DNA from: Schaalia odontolytica
Lineage (GTDB): Bacteria; Actinomycetota; Actinomycetes; Actinomycetales; Actinomycetaceae
Length of the DNA stretch: 32,000 bases
NCBI RefSeq assembly: GCF_005696695.1
Contig: NZ_CP040006.1
Span: 750,001 to 782,000, forward strand
Direction: 5' to 3'
In this document: positions 7,437-15,607 of the stretch, piece by piece
Numbering within the stretch: the first letter of the stretch is position 1
Layout: each line of letters begins with the position of its first letter
The notes under the pieces: generated by a model
The model's input: only the letters and a program-made list of their open reading frames with translations
Told to the model about the DNA's origin: nothing
The model's database searches: none
Translations under genes and position numbers: made by a program

Positions 7437-8270
7437 CTACTCAACCCGCGCGTTGACGATGATCCAGCTGTGGCGATAGACCTCAAGTGTCAGAGGTGAG
7501 GCCCCCTTCTTGTCAGCGCACGCTTCGTAGAGGGTGTTGTAGACACCGGTCGCGTCGTAGGCGGTGCTCAAGCGAGTCGTGTGCTTCGAGCCGTCGGTGA
7601 GGGTGAGATCGAACCTGTAGGACGTAGAGGTGCCTCTCCGTCGCGAGCGCATTCGGAGTTCACTGTAGCTGCACGACTTGACGGTGACGGTCTGTGTTCC
7701 TTCGATCGTGTCCGCAACCGACTGCACGGAACCAATGACCGCCATCGTTCCGACGATGAGGACGGGGATGGAGAGAACCACGAGCCAGACGATTGGCTGA
7801 CGCATGTTCGTCCTGTCGCCAGCGCGCTTCGCTCGGTTCATACGGAGAGCCGTCATGACAATGATGACCGCACAGATGAGCATACTGATGGTGCCCACGG
7901 CGCTCGCGATGCTTTGCCACGTGAGTTTGATGTCGCCCACGTCGTAGAAATTGCTCAGCACAAAATAGGCAACGACACCGCTGAACGTGAGGAACTTCAG
8001 GACGTTGAGCACCGTCGCGTAGTTCGTGTTCATGACCGGACGGCCCACGTTGCCCAGTCCATGCGGCTGCATTGGGACCTGGCCCGGGAAGGGCTGCTGA
8101 GGATACATGCCGCCCTGGTATTGGCCGGGCTGCGGCTGCATCGGGACCTGGCCCGGGAAGGGCTGCTGAGGATACATGCCGCCCTGGTACTGGCCGGGTT
8201 GCGGCTGCATCGGGACCTGGCCCGGGAAGGGCTGCTGAGGAGGATAACCGTGGGGGTATTGGTTGCTCAT
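7437..8270 (-). CDS. Array paralog 4: same unknown family, N-terminal tail built from 23-aa PQ-rich tandem repeats
   Basis: 277 aa. The tail reads MSNQYPHGYPPQQPFPGQVPMQPQPGQYQGGMYPQQPFPGQVPMQPQPGQYQGGMYPQQPFPGQVPMQPHG. It has three TM helices. The C-terminal domain reads TVTVKSCSYSE...FDLTLTDGSKHTT...LYEACADKKGASPLTLEVYRHSWIIVNARVE. Confidence 0.75.
   Translation of the reverse strand: MSNQYPHGYPPQQPFPGQVPMQPQPGQYQGGMYPQQPFPGQVPMQPQPGQYQGGMYPQQPFPGQVPMQPHGLGNVGRPVMNTNYATVLNVLKFLTFSGVVAYFVLSNFYDVGDIKLTWQSIASAVGTISMLICAVIIVMTALRMNRAKRAGDRTNMRQPIVWLVVLSIPVLIVGTMAVIGSVQSVADTIEGTQTVTVKSCSYSELRMRSRRRGTSTSYRFDLTLTDGSKHTTRLSTAYDATGVYNTLYEACADKKGASPLTLEVYRHSWIIVNARVE
8062..8243. repeat. 69-bp tandem repeat, about 2.6 copies, in frame inside paralog 4
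   Basis: The string tgcggctgcat(t/c)gggacctggcccgggaagggctgctgaggatacatgccgccctggta(t/c)tggccggg(c/t) recurs with starts at 8062, 8131 and 8200. The period is exactly 69 nt, or 23 codons. Copies differ at only a few positions. Confidence 0.9.
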
Positions 8271-8426
8271 GGTGTCTCGCTGGTCAGTGGGGTGGTGTCC
8301 TCGTACGGAGGCTAGCTCAATGTTGGGCGTGCACCGACAATACTACGGGTGCGCGTGAGCGTGGGGGCACATGGCCGAGAGGTGATGATGAGTCGGCAGA
8401 GGTATTCGTTCATGGACAGGTACTCG

Positions 8427-9434
8427 CTAGACGATGCGCGCGTCAGCGATGATCTGCGTGCGCGGATACAGGTCGAGGACCAGTTTCTTCGATGAGGGGT
8501 GGTGCGACAAGCATCCGTTGTAGAGGGTGCCGCGGATGCCCGATGCCAACTGCAAGTCGTCCTGCTTTTCTGTTTTGATGACGAGGACAAGCTTGCTCTT
8601 GTCGCCGAGTGTCATGTTGAATTCGTTCTGATAGCTGCTCGGGATGGTGTTTGTTGGTGAGCTCTTCACCGGACTTTGGTAGAAGTAACACGAGGCGACT
8701 GTCCTGGTCTGGGGTCCTTCGTTGAGGTCGCGTGCTGCCGGCACTGCGTTGCTGATCGCGATGACTGCGGCGGCAAGTCCGACGAGGCAGATGAGGGCAT
8801 ACCCGGACGCCCGAGTTTCGGCCGTCTCGTTCTCGCCTTCTGTGAACAAGATGCGCGCGTAGCGCACTGTGGTGGGGACAAAGGGAATACACAAACCTGC
8901 GGCTGCGAGCCCGAACAGGCATGCGGCGAACTGCCATTGAAGTTTGCCCGTGCCGAAATCGTTGGCTTGGGCCATTGTGATGCTCGTGAAAAACAGCGCG
9001 GCGATCACAACTGCGAGACCCGCGAACACGTCGGTGCTAATCGGGAGGGTGAAGGCCTTCGTGGACTCGTCCTCGCGTGTGGGACTGTCCTGAGGGTCTG
9101 AGCCTGTCGACGTCGCGTGAGGGCGTGCAGTGGTGGGCGACGATGAACGATCCTGCTGCGCAGCGGTTGAAGGGGAGGCGGCGCGGGGTGCAGGCGCCGT
9201 CGGCTCGCTGTCCGCATGCGCCTCGGAGATGTACGGGGGCGGGTCCGCGTTGGGTTTTTCTTCCTCGGTGTGAGGGGTGGAAACTCCGTATGGGAACGCG
9301 GGATCCGGCCCGTCTGCGGAGGGCTCAACGGGCACCGGCGCGTTGCGTGGCACCCGGTGCGCAGCCTCCACGTTCTCCTCGGGCAGTGCGGGTTCCGACC
9401 CGGTCGGCGGCGCGTATGGATTGTTACTGCTCAT
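8427..9434 (-). CDS. Array paralog 5: same unknown family, ~140-aa Pro/Ser/Thr/Ala/Glu-rich N-terminal tail
   Basis: 335 aa. The tail reads MSSNNPYAPPTGSEPALPEEN... and looks disordered. It has three TM helices and a NDFGTGKLQW motif. The C-terminal domain reads TRTVASCYFYQ...FNMTLGDKS...LYNGCLSHHPSSKKLVLDLYPRTQIIADARIV. Its ATG lies 9 nt after the upstream SGNH stop. Confidence 0.75.
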   Translation of the reverse strand: MSSNNPYAPPTGSEPALPEENVEAAHRVPRNAPVPVEPSADGPDPAFPYGVSTPHTEEEKPNADPPPYISEAHADSEPTAPAPRAASPSTAAQQDRSSSPTTARPHATSTGSDPQDSPTREDESTKAFTLPISTDVFAGLAVVIAALFFTSITMAQANDFGTGKLQWQFAACLFGLAAAGLCIPFVPTTVRYARILFTEGENETAETRASGYALICLVGLAAAVIAISNAVPAARDLNEGPQTRTVASCYFYQSPVKSSPTNTIPSSYQNEFNMTLGDKSKLVLVIKTEKQDDLQLASGIRGTLYNGCLSHHPSSKKLVLDLYPRTQIIADARIV

Positions 9435-9443
9435 GCCGGGATA

Positions 9444-10046
9444 CTACACGTCCGCCGGGGTCGCTCCCGTCCACTCGTACCAGCCCTGGTGCTGGACGAT
9501 CCAGGCCATGAGGGCGTACCCAGCCTGGCCGGGCAGGGTTTGCCCGTCCGCGCCTCGCGCCAGGGAGGCGGCCATGTCCTCGAACCACTGGTCGTGCGCG
9601 ACCAGAGGCGTGTAGCAGTCGACGAAGGGGATGCCTCGGCGCGCGCACACCTCGGAGCATGAGGAGGACAGCGCCTTCAGTGAACCGGAGTCCACGCCAG
9701 CGAGCGGTGGGGGACCCACGACGAAGCTGGGGATGCCCAGAGCGGTCGCCCGGTCGGTGATGTTGGCCAGGTTCAGGCGCGAGCGGGCCGTCGAAATGCC
9801 GGCCGCGACGTCGCCAGGGCCCACACCGATGACGAGGCCGTGGGGCTCGCCCTCGGCCAGGCGCGGCAGGACCTCGGCCTCCCAGCGCGCAGCCATCTGC
9901 TTCGTCGTCTCTGAGGGTACGGCGAGGGTCAGGAACGTGGCGGGCAGATCGAAGGTGGAGTGCGCGTTGACGCGACCGACCCAGCCCAGGCCTCGGGGGT
10001 CGCCGACTCCTGCGACGAGCTCGTCTCCGATGAAGCAGATCCGCAT
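9444..10046 (-). CDS. SGNH/GDSL-like hydrolase family protein with non-canonical block I (GDE instead of GDS)
   Basis: 200 aa. The N-terminus MRICFIGDELVAGVGDPRGLGWVGRV matches the layout of actinobacterial GDSL-type esterase family proteins. The RBS is GAAAGGA. The gene lies 51 nt downstream of kgd. The family call rests on the N-terminal block only. Confidence 0.6.
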   Translation of the reverse strand: MRICFIGDELVAGVGDPRGLGWVGRVNAHSTFDLPATFLTLAVPSETTKQMAARWEAEVLPRLAEGEPHGLVIGVGPGDVAAGISTARSRLNLANITDRATALGIPSFVVGPPPLAGVDSGSLKALSSSCSEVCARRGIPFVDCYTPLVAHDQWFEDMAASLARGADGQTLPGQAGYALMAWIVQHQGWYEWTGATPADV

Positions 10047-10097
10047 GGTGTTCCTTTCCGGTGCCTCCCGCGCCCCCGGTGGGAGCGCCGGCCCTCG

Positions 10098-13000
10098 TTA
10101 GCCTTCGAAGGCCTGCGCAATAAGGGTAGCTGCTTGCTCCTTGTGAAGCGAGGCACGTCCCGCTGCGGTCGTGGCCGACTCGGGGCGCGAGACCACGCGC
10201 ACGGGGCGTCCCAGAGACGGGAAGAGGTTGAGCGCCAGGTGCGGCCACGCGCCCTGGTTACGAGGCTCGTCCTGCACCCAGGTCACCGACGCATTCGGGT
10301 ACTGAGCCAGGGCCTCGGCCACCTCGGCCTCGGGCAGCGGGTAGAGCTGCTCCAAGCGGATGATCGCCGTCGACGTGTCGCCGCGGTGCTCGCGCTCCTT
10401 GACGAGGTCGTAGTACAGACGGCCCGAGCACAGCAGGACGCGCGTCACCGACGACGGATCGGTGATCGAGGAGTCGCCGATGACGGGCTGGAAGGCACCC
10501 GAGGTGAACTCGTCGAGGTGCGAGGAAGCGGCCGACAGACGCAGCAGCTGCTTGGGCGTGAACGCGATGAGCGGCTTGCGCGGGCGCTTGTAGGCCTGCG
10601 TGCGCAGCATGTGGAAGTAGTTCGCCGGCGTCGAGGGCTGGACGATCCACATGTTGTCTTGGGCGGCCAGCTGCAGGTAGCGCTCGATGCGCGCGCTCGA
10701 GTGGTCGGGTCCCTGACCCTCGTAGCCGTGGGGGAGGAGCATGACGAGCGAGGAACGCTGTCCCCACTTCTGCTCGGCCGAGCACACGAACTCGTCGATG
10801 ACGGTCTGCGCGCCGTTCGCGAAGTCGCCGAACTGGGCCTCCCAGATCGTCAGCGTCTCGGGGCTTTCCAGCGAGTAGCCGTAGTCGAAGGCCAGTACGC
10901 CGTACTCGCTCAGCGGGGAGTTCCACACGTCGAAACGCGCCTGGTTCTCGGTGAGGAATCGCAGCGGCGTGAACTCTCGGCCGTCGTTCGCGTCGTGCAG
11001 GATCGCGTGACGCTGGACGAAGGTCGCGCGGCCCACGTCCTCGCCGGACAGGCGCACGCCGGTGCCCTCCATGAGGAGTGTGCCGAAGGCCAGGAGCTCC
11101 GCGAAGCCCCAGTCGATGGGCTTGTTGCCCAGCGCCATCTCGAGGCGGCGCTCGCACAGCTGACGCAGCTTCGGGTGGGGCTCGAAGCCCTCCGGGAAGC
11201 GCGTGTGCGCGCGGCCGATGCGGCGCAGCTGCTTGGCGGGGGCAGCAGATGTCCAGCCGATCATCATGCCGATGCCGGGCATCTGGGACTCCGGCATGGT
11301 CCATTCCTCGTCGGGGGATTCCCCGGCCCCGCCCACGCCGACGGTGAGCGCCGGGTCGTGCGTGCGGCTGCCCGGGTTGATCTCGGACACCGAGGAGGCG
11401 CCGCCCGCGCGGGTCTCCTCGAGGATGCGCCCGAGCTCCGCCTCGTACTGGGCGATCGACTGGCGGGCCTCGTCCTCGGTGAGCTGGCCGCGACCCACGA
11501 GGCCGCGGATGTACACGGCGCGCGTGGAGGGGATGCGGTCGATGAGGGAGTACATGACGGGCTGGGTCATCGACGGGTCGTCGCCCTCGTTGTGGCCGCG
11601 GCGGCGGTAGCACACCATGTCGATGATGACGTCCTTGTGGAAGGCGTTGCGGTACTCGAAGGCCAGGTGCGCGCAGCGGATGACGGCCTCGGGGTCGTCC
11701 GCGTTGACGTGCAGGATCGGGACTTGCAGGCCCTTGGCCAGGTCGGTCGCGTAGCCGGTGGAACGGCCCTGCGTCGGGCCCGTCGTGAAGCCGATCTGGT
11801 TGTTGACGATGATGTGGATCGTGCCGCCGGTCTTGTAGCCCTCCAGCTGGGAGAGGTTGAAGGTCTCCTGGACGACGCCCTGGCCGATGAAAGCCGCGTC
11901 TCCGTGGATGAGGATCGGGATGATCGGCAGGTCCGGGTCGCCCAGGTGCTCCTGCTTGGCACGAACGATGCCCTCGAGGACGCCGTCGGCGGCCTCCAGG
12001 TGCGAGGGGTTGGCGGCCATGTAGACCTTCGTGGCCAGGCCGTCGTCGAGGGAGTACACGCCCCACGTGCCCAGGTGGTACTTGACGTCGCCCGAACCCT
12101 GGACGGAGTTGGGCATGTAGTTGCCCTCAAACTCGTCGAAGATCTGCGCGTACGACTTGCCTGCGATGTTGGCCAGCACGTTGAGGCGTCCGCGGTGCGC
12201 CATGCCGATGGCGACCTCGTGGATGCCGGTGCGCGCCGAGTCTGCCAGGATGTGGTCGAGCAGCGGGATCAGTGACTCGCCGCCCTCGAGGGAGAAGCGC
12301 TTCTGGCCCATAAACTTCGTCTGGAGGAACTCCTCGAAGGCCTCGGCGCGGATGAGGGTGCCAAGAATGTGGCGCTGCGCGTCGGGGGACGGGGCCTCGT
12401 ACGGGCGCTCGATGCGCTTCTGGACCCATGCGCGCTGCTCGGGGTCCTGGATGTGCATGTACTCGATGCCGACCGTGCGCGTGTAGGTGTCGTGCAGGCG
12501 CGTGAGGATGTCACGCAGCAGCATCTGGTCCGAGTCGCCGAAGCCGCCGGTGGGGAAGGGGCGATCCAGGTCCCACACGCTCAGGCCGTAGGACGACAGA
12601 TCGAGGTCGGGGTGGCGACGCACGCGGTAGGCCAGAGGGTCGGTGTCGGCCGCGAGGTGGCCGCGCGAACGGTAGGCGTGGATGAGTTCCGCGATGCGCG
12701 CGGGCTTGCCCTTTTCGTGGTTCGGATCGTAGTCGTAGTCCGCTTCCCACGCGTAGGGGCGTGCGGGGACGTGCATCGAGGTGAAGACGCGCTCGTAGAA
12801 GCCGTCGCGGCCCGAGAGCTTGGCGTCCACGAGGGCCAGGAGGCGACCCGACGCCGCGCCCTGGATGATGCGGTGGTCGTAGGTGGAGGAGAAGAACATC
12901 GTCTTGCCGATGCCGAGGGCGGCCAAGCGCTTGGGGGAGACGCCGCGGAATTCCGCCGGGTAGTCGGTGGCACCCACGCCGATGATGAGGCCCTGGCCGA

Positions 13001-13958
13001 CCATGAGGCGCGGCACGGAGGTGGTGGTGCCCAGCGTGCCCGGGTTCGTCAGCGTGACGGAGGCGCCCTGGAAGTCGGCGGTCGTCAGCGTCGCCGTGCG
13101 GGCGCGCGCAACGAGGTCCTGGTAGGCGTCGACGAACTCGGCGAAGGTCAGGGTGTCGGCGTCGTGGATGACGGGGACCTTCAGGGAGTGGTTGCCCTGC
13201 GCGTCGGCCACGTCGATGGCCAGGCCGAAGCCGATGTGCGCGAGCTGCTCGACCGCGGGCTTGCCGCCTTCGATCGTGTAGCGCACGTTGAGGTCGGGCA
13301 TCTCGCACAGCGCCTCCACCAGGGCGTAGCCGATGAGGTGCGTGAAGGAGACCTTGCCGCCGACGGTGCGCGCCAGATGCGCGTTGATGAGGGCGCGGTT
13401 TTCGATGAGGAGCTTGGCCGGGATCTGGCGCTGGGAGGTGGCCGTGGGGATGGAGAGTGAGGCCTCCATGTGCTTGGCGGTCGCGCGCGCCGCGGACTTG
13501 AGGATGTGGAGCTCGTCGTGCGAGGGGGCGCCCTGGAAGAGCGTGAAGGCCGCGCGCCCGTGCTGCTGGCGCGTGTAGGGGCTGGTGGCCTCGGCGACGG
13601 CGGCGGGCGGGGCGGGCGGCAGGTCGGAACGCGTCACGGAGACGACGTGTGCGTGCTCGGTGGCGGCCGCCTCGGGCGCATCGTCTTCGATATCGAGGGT
13701 CGGCGGGGTGACCGTCACAGGGGCGACATGGTCAACTGGGGGTGCGGCATGGGCCGACGAGGCCGGGGCTGGTTCCGGCGTTGAGGGAGCGCCCTCGGGG
13801 ATGTCGGGACGCTTGGCGCGCAGCTGTGGGGGAGCGGACTCGGTGGAGAAATAGGCACGCCAGGAGGGATCCAGGAGCTGTGGATCGCGCTCGTAGAGGT
13901 CTCGCATCTTTGCGATGTACCACTGCGGATCGGGCTGGGAAGCGGTGGGAGTGGGCAC
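10098..13958 (-). CDS. kgd: Multifunctional 2-oxoglutarate dehydrogenase E1 / 2-oxoglutarate decarboxylase with fused E2-like acyltransferase domain (OdhA/Kgd type)
   Basis: 1286 aa with a GTG start preceded by GGAGGA. The N-terminus reads QWYIAKMRDLYERDPQLLDPSWRAYF. An Ala/Pro linker follows. The acyltransferase catalytic block reads FFSSTYDHRIIQGAASGRLL. The ThDP E1 core includes GMAHRGRLNVLANI, HGDAAF.GQGVV and NNQIGFTT. This length and fusion are typical of actinobacterial Kgd/OdhA. Confidence 0.93.
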   Translation of the reverse strand: MPTPTASQPDPQWYIAKMRDLYERDPQLLDPSWRAYFSTESAPPQLRAKRPDIPEGAPSTPEPAPASSAHAAPPVDHVAPVTVTPPTLDIEDDAPEAAATEHAHVVSVTRSDLPPAPPAAVAEATSPYTRQQHGRAAFTLFQGAPSHDELHILKSAARATAKHMEASLSIPTATSQRQIPAKLLIENRALINAHLARTVGGKVSFTHLIGYALVEALCEMPDLNVRYTIEGGKPAVEQLAHIGFGLAIDVADAQGNHSLKVPVIHDADTLTFAEFVDAYQDLVARARTATLTTADFQGASVTLTNPGTLGTTTSVPRLMVGQGLIIGVGATDYPAEFRGVSPKRLAALGIGKTMFFSSTYDHRIIQGAASGRLLALVDAKLSGRDGFYERVFTSMHVPARPYAWEADYDYDPNHEKGKPARIAELIHAYRSRGHLAADTDPLAYRVRRHPDLDLSSYGLSVWDLDRPFPTGGFGDSDQMLLRDILTRLHDTYTRTVGIEYMHIQDPEQRAWVQKRIERPYEAPSPDAQRHILGTLIRAEAFEEFLQTKFMGQKRFSLEGGESLIPLLDHILADSARTGIHEVAIGMAHRGRLNVLANIAGKSYAQIFDEFEGNYMPNSVQGSGDVKYHLGTWGVYSLDDGLATKVYMAANPSHLEAADGVLEGIVRAKQEHLGDPDLPIIPILIHGDAAFIGQGVVQETFNLSQLEGYKTGGTIHIIVNNQIGFTTGPTQGRSTGYATDLAKGLQVPILHVNADDPEAVIRCAHLAFEYRNAFHKDVIIDMVCYRRRGHNEGDDPSMTQPVMYSLIDRIPSTRAVYIRGLVGRGQLTEDEARQSIAQYEAELGRILEETRAGGASSVSEINPGSRTHDPALTVGVGGAGESPDEEWTMPESQMPGIGMMIGWTSAAPAKQLRRIGRAHTRFPEGFEPHPKLRQLCERRLEMALGNKPIDWGFAELLAFGTLLMEGTGVRLSGEDVGRATFVQRHAILHDANDGREFTPLRFLTENQARFDVWNSPLSEYGVLAFDYGYSLESPETLTIWEAQFGDFANGAQTVIDEFVCSAEQKWGQRSSLVMLLPHGYEGQGPDHSSARIERYLQLAAQDNMWIVQPSTPANYFHMLRTQAYKRPRKPLIAFTPKQLLRLSAASSHLDEFTSGAFQPVIGDSSITDPSSVTRVLLCSGRLYYDLVKEREHRGDTSTAIIRLEQLYPLPEAEVAEALAQYPNASVTWVQDEPRNQGAWPHLALNLFPSLGRPVRVVSRPESATTAAGRASLHKEQAATLIAQAFEG

Positions 13959-14278
13959 GTGTTCCTCCGTAAGTGTCGCGCCGCGCGATCAGGTTATTTC
14001 CCACGCGGCCATACCTTGACAATCGTACCGCCGCGTGATCGTCTTCACGAAACCTGGTATACCTTTGGCGTGTACTTCAAGGGCCTTTGGTCCGTTGAAG
14101 AATGATTGTTGGCACATGGCCCGCGGTGTGTGGAAATGCGCGCTGGGGGAGGCGGGCTGGGCCGCTAGACTGTAACCATCATGGACTGCGACACTGCCGG
14201 CTTTATGGCCGCTCTTTCTCACCCCTTATCCGCGCGCGTACCCGCGACCCGCCCCGGCCTCGTCGAGGGGGCCACGCG

Positions 14279-15607
14279 ATGATGACCGTCCTCATGCTTC
14301 TGCTCGGCGTCGTCCTGACCGCCGGTACTTTCATCTTCGTCTCCGCCGAGTTCTCGCTCGTCGCGGTTGACCAAGCCGTCCTCGACAAGAAGGCCGAGGA
14401 AGGGGACCGAGGGGCCGCCTCCGTCCTGCGCGCCACCCGCACGCTGTCGACCCAGCTGTCGGGCGCGCAGGTGGGCATCACGCTCACCACGATCCTGCTC
14501 GGCTACACGACGCAGAGTGCGCTGGCCGACCTGCTGGAGGACCTGCTCGGATCGGTCGGCCTCGCCTGGGGGCTTGCGACCGGCATCGCCGCATTCGTGG
14601 CCGCCGCGTTCATCAATGTCTTCTCGATGCTCTTCGGCGAACTCGTCCCCAAGAACCTTGCACTGGCCCACCCCCTGGCCACCGCCGTACGTGTCGTCCC
14701 CTTCCAGATGGCCTTCACCGCCATCGCCCGCCCCGTCATCTGGGTGCTGGGCGGGACCGCGAACTGGGTGCTCGCCCGCATGGGCATCGAACCCCAGGAG
14801 GAGATCTCCTCGGCGCGCTCCGCCTCCGAGCTGGCTGCCCTCGTCGAGCACTCCGTCGAAGAAGGCACCTTCGACATGTCCACGGCCGACCTCTTCGTCA
14901 ACACGATCCGTATGTCCACGCTCAGCGCCGCCGACGTCATGACCGACCGCGGCCGCCTGCACACCCTCAGCGAGGGTGACAGCGCCCAGGACGTGCTGGA
15001 CCTGGCCCGCGAAACCGGACACTCGCGGTTCCCGGTGATCGGTGACGACTCCGACGACATCCTCGGCCTGGTCTCGCTGCGTCGCGCGGTCGCCGTGCCC
15101 GCCGACCGTCGCGCCGAGGTCCCCGTCATCTCCTCGTCCCTTATGACCGACGCGCCATCGGTTCCCGAGACTGTGCCGATCGGTCCCCTCATGGTCCAGC
15201 TGCGTGACGAGGGCCTGCAGATGGCCGTCGTCGTCGACGAGTACGGCGGCGTGTCGGGCATCGTCACCCTCGAGGACGTCGTCGAGGAGATCGTCGGCGA
15301 GGTCTCCGACGAGCACGACCAGCGTCGCCTTGGCATCCGCCCGCGCCCCGACGGGACTTTCCTCGTTCCCGGCACGCTGCGTCCCGATGAGCTTGCGCGC
15401 CGCACGGACATCAACCTGCCCGAGGACGGCCCCTACGACACGATTGGCGGCCTCGTCATGAACGAGCTGGGCGAGATCCCGGTCGTCGGATCGCGCGTGA
15501 GCGTGGACGGCATCGGCATTGAGGTCACCCAGATGCAGGGACGACGCGTCGCTCAGGTGGCGATCACGCCCGCCCCCGAGGCCGAGGACGAGGAGGTGTC
15601 GCTGTGA
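14279..15607 (+). CDS. CNNM/DUF21-CBS-CorC_HlyC family transporter (annotated generically as hemolysin family protein)
   Basis: Track ORF 14102..15607. I prefer ATG 14279 (MMTVLMLLLGVVLTAGTFIFVSAEFSLVAVD), preceded by GAGGGGG. It has a DUF21 membrane domain (FGELVPKNLA), a CBS pair and a C-terminal CorC/HlyC-like domain. Confidence 0.85.
   Translation: MMTVLMLLLGVVLTAGTFIFVSAEFSLVAVDQAVLDKKAEEGDRGAASVLRATRTLSTQLSGAQVGITLTTILLGYTTQSALADLLEDLLGSVGLAWGLATGIAAFVAAAFINVFSMLFGELVPKNLALAHPLATAVRVVPFQMAFTAIARPVIWVLGGTANWVLARMGIEPQEEISSARSASELAALVEHSVEEGTFDMSTADLFVNTIRMSTLSAADVMTDRGRLHTLSEGDSAQDVLDLARETGHSRFPVIGDDSDDILGLVSLRRAVAVPADRRAEVPVISSSLMTDAPSVPETVPIGPLMVQLRDEGLQMAVVVDEYGGVSGIVTLEDVVEEIVGEVSDEHDQRRLGIRPRPDGTFLVPGTLRPDELARRTDINLPEDGPYDTIGGLVMNELGEIPVVGSRVSVDGIGIEVTQMQGRRVAQVAITPAPEAEDEEVSL

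Noticed and set aside
9960-12275. 771-aa plus-strand ORF, 602-aa minus-strand ORF (10258..12066) and other long ORFs overlapping kgd
   Set aside because: These are alternative frames or antisense to the 1286-aa Kgd/OdhA ORF, which has unambiguous ThDP-E1 and acyltransferase motifs. The translations are Arg/Pro/Gly-rich nonsense.
14102-14278. N-terminal extension of the first CNNM gene (start at 14102)
   Set aside because: The extension is not hydrophobic and lies in the divergent promoter region shared with kgd. The DUF21 domain begins right at MMTVLMLLLG, and a GAGGGGG RBS precedes ATG 14279.
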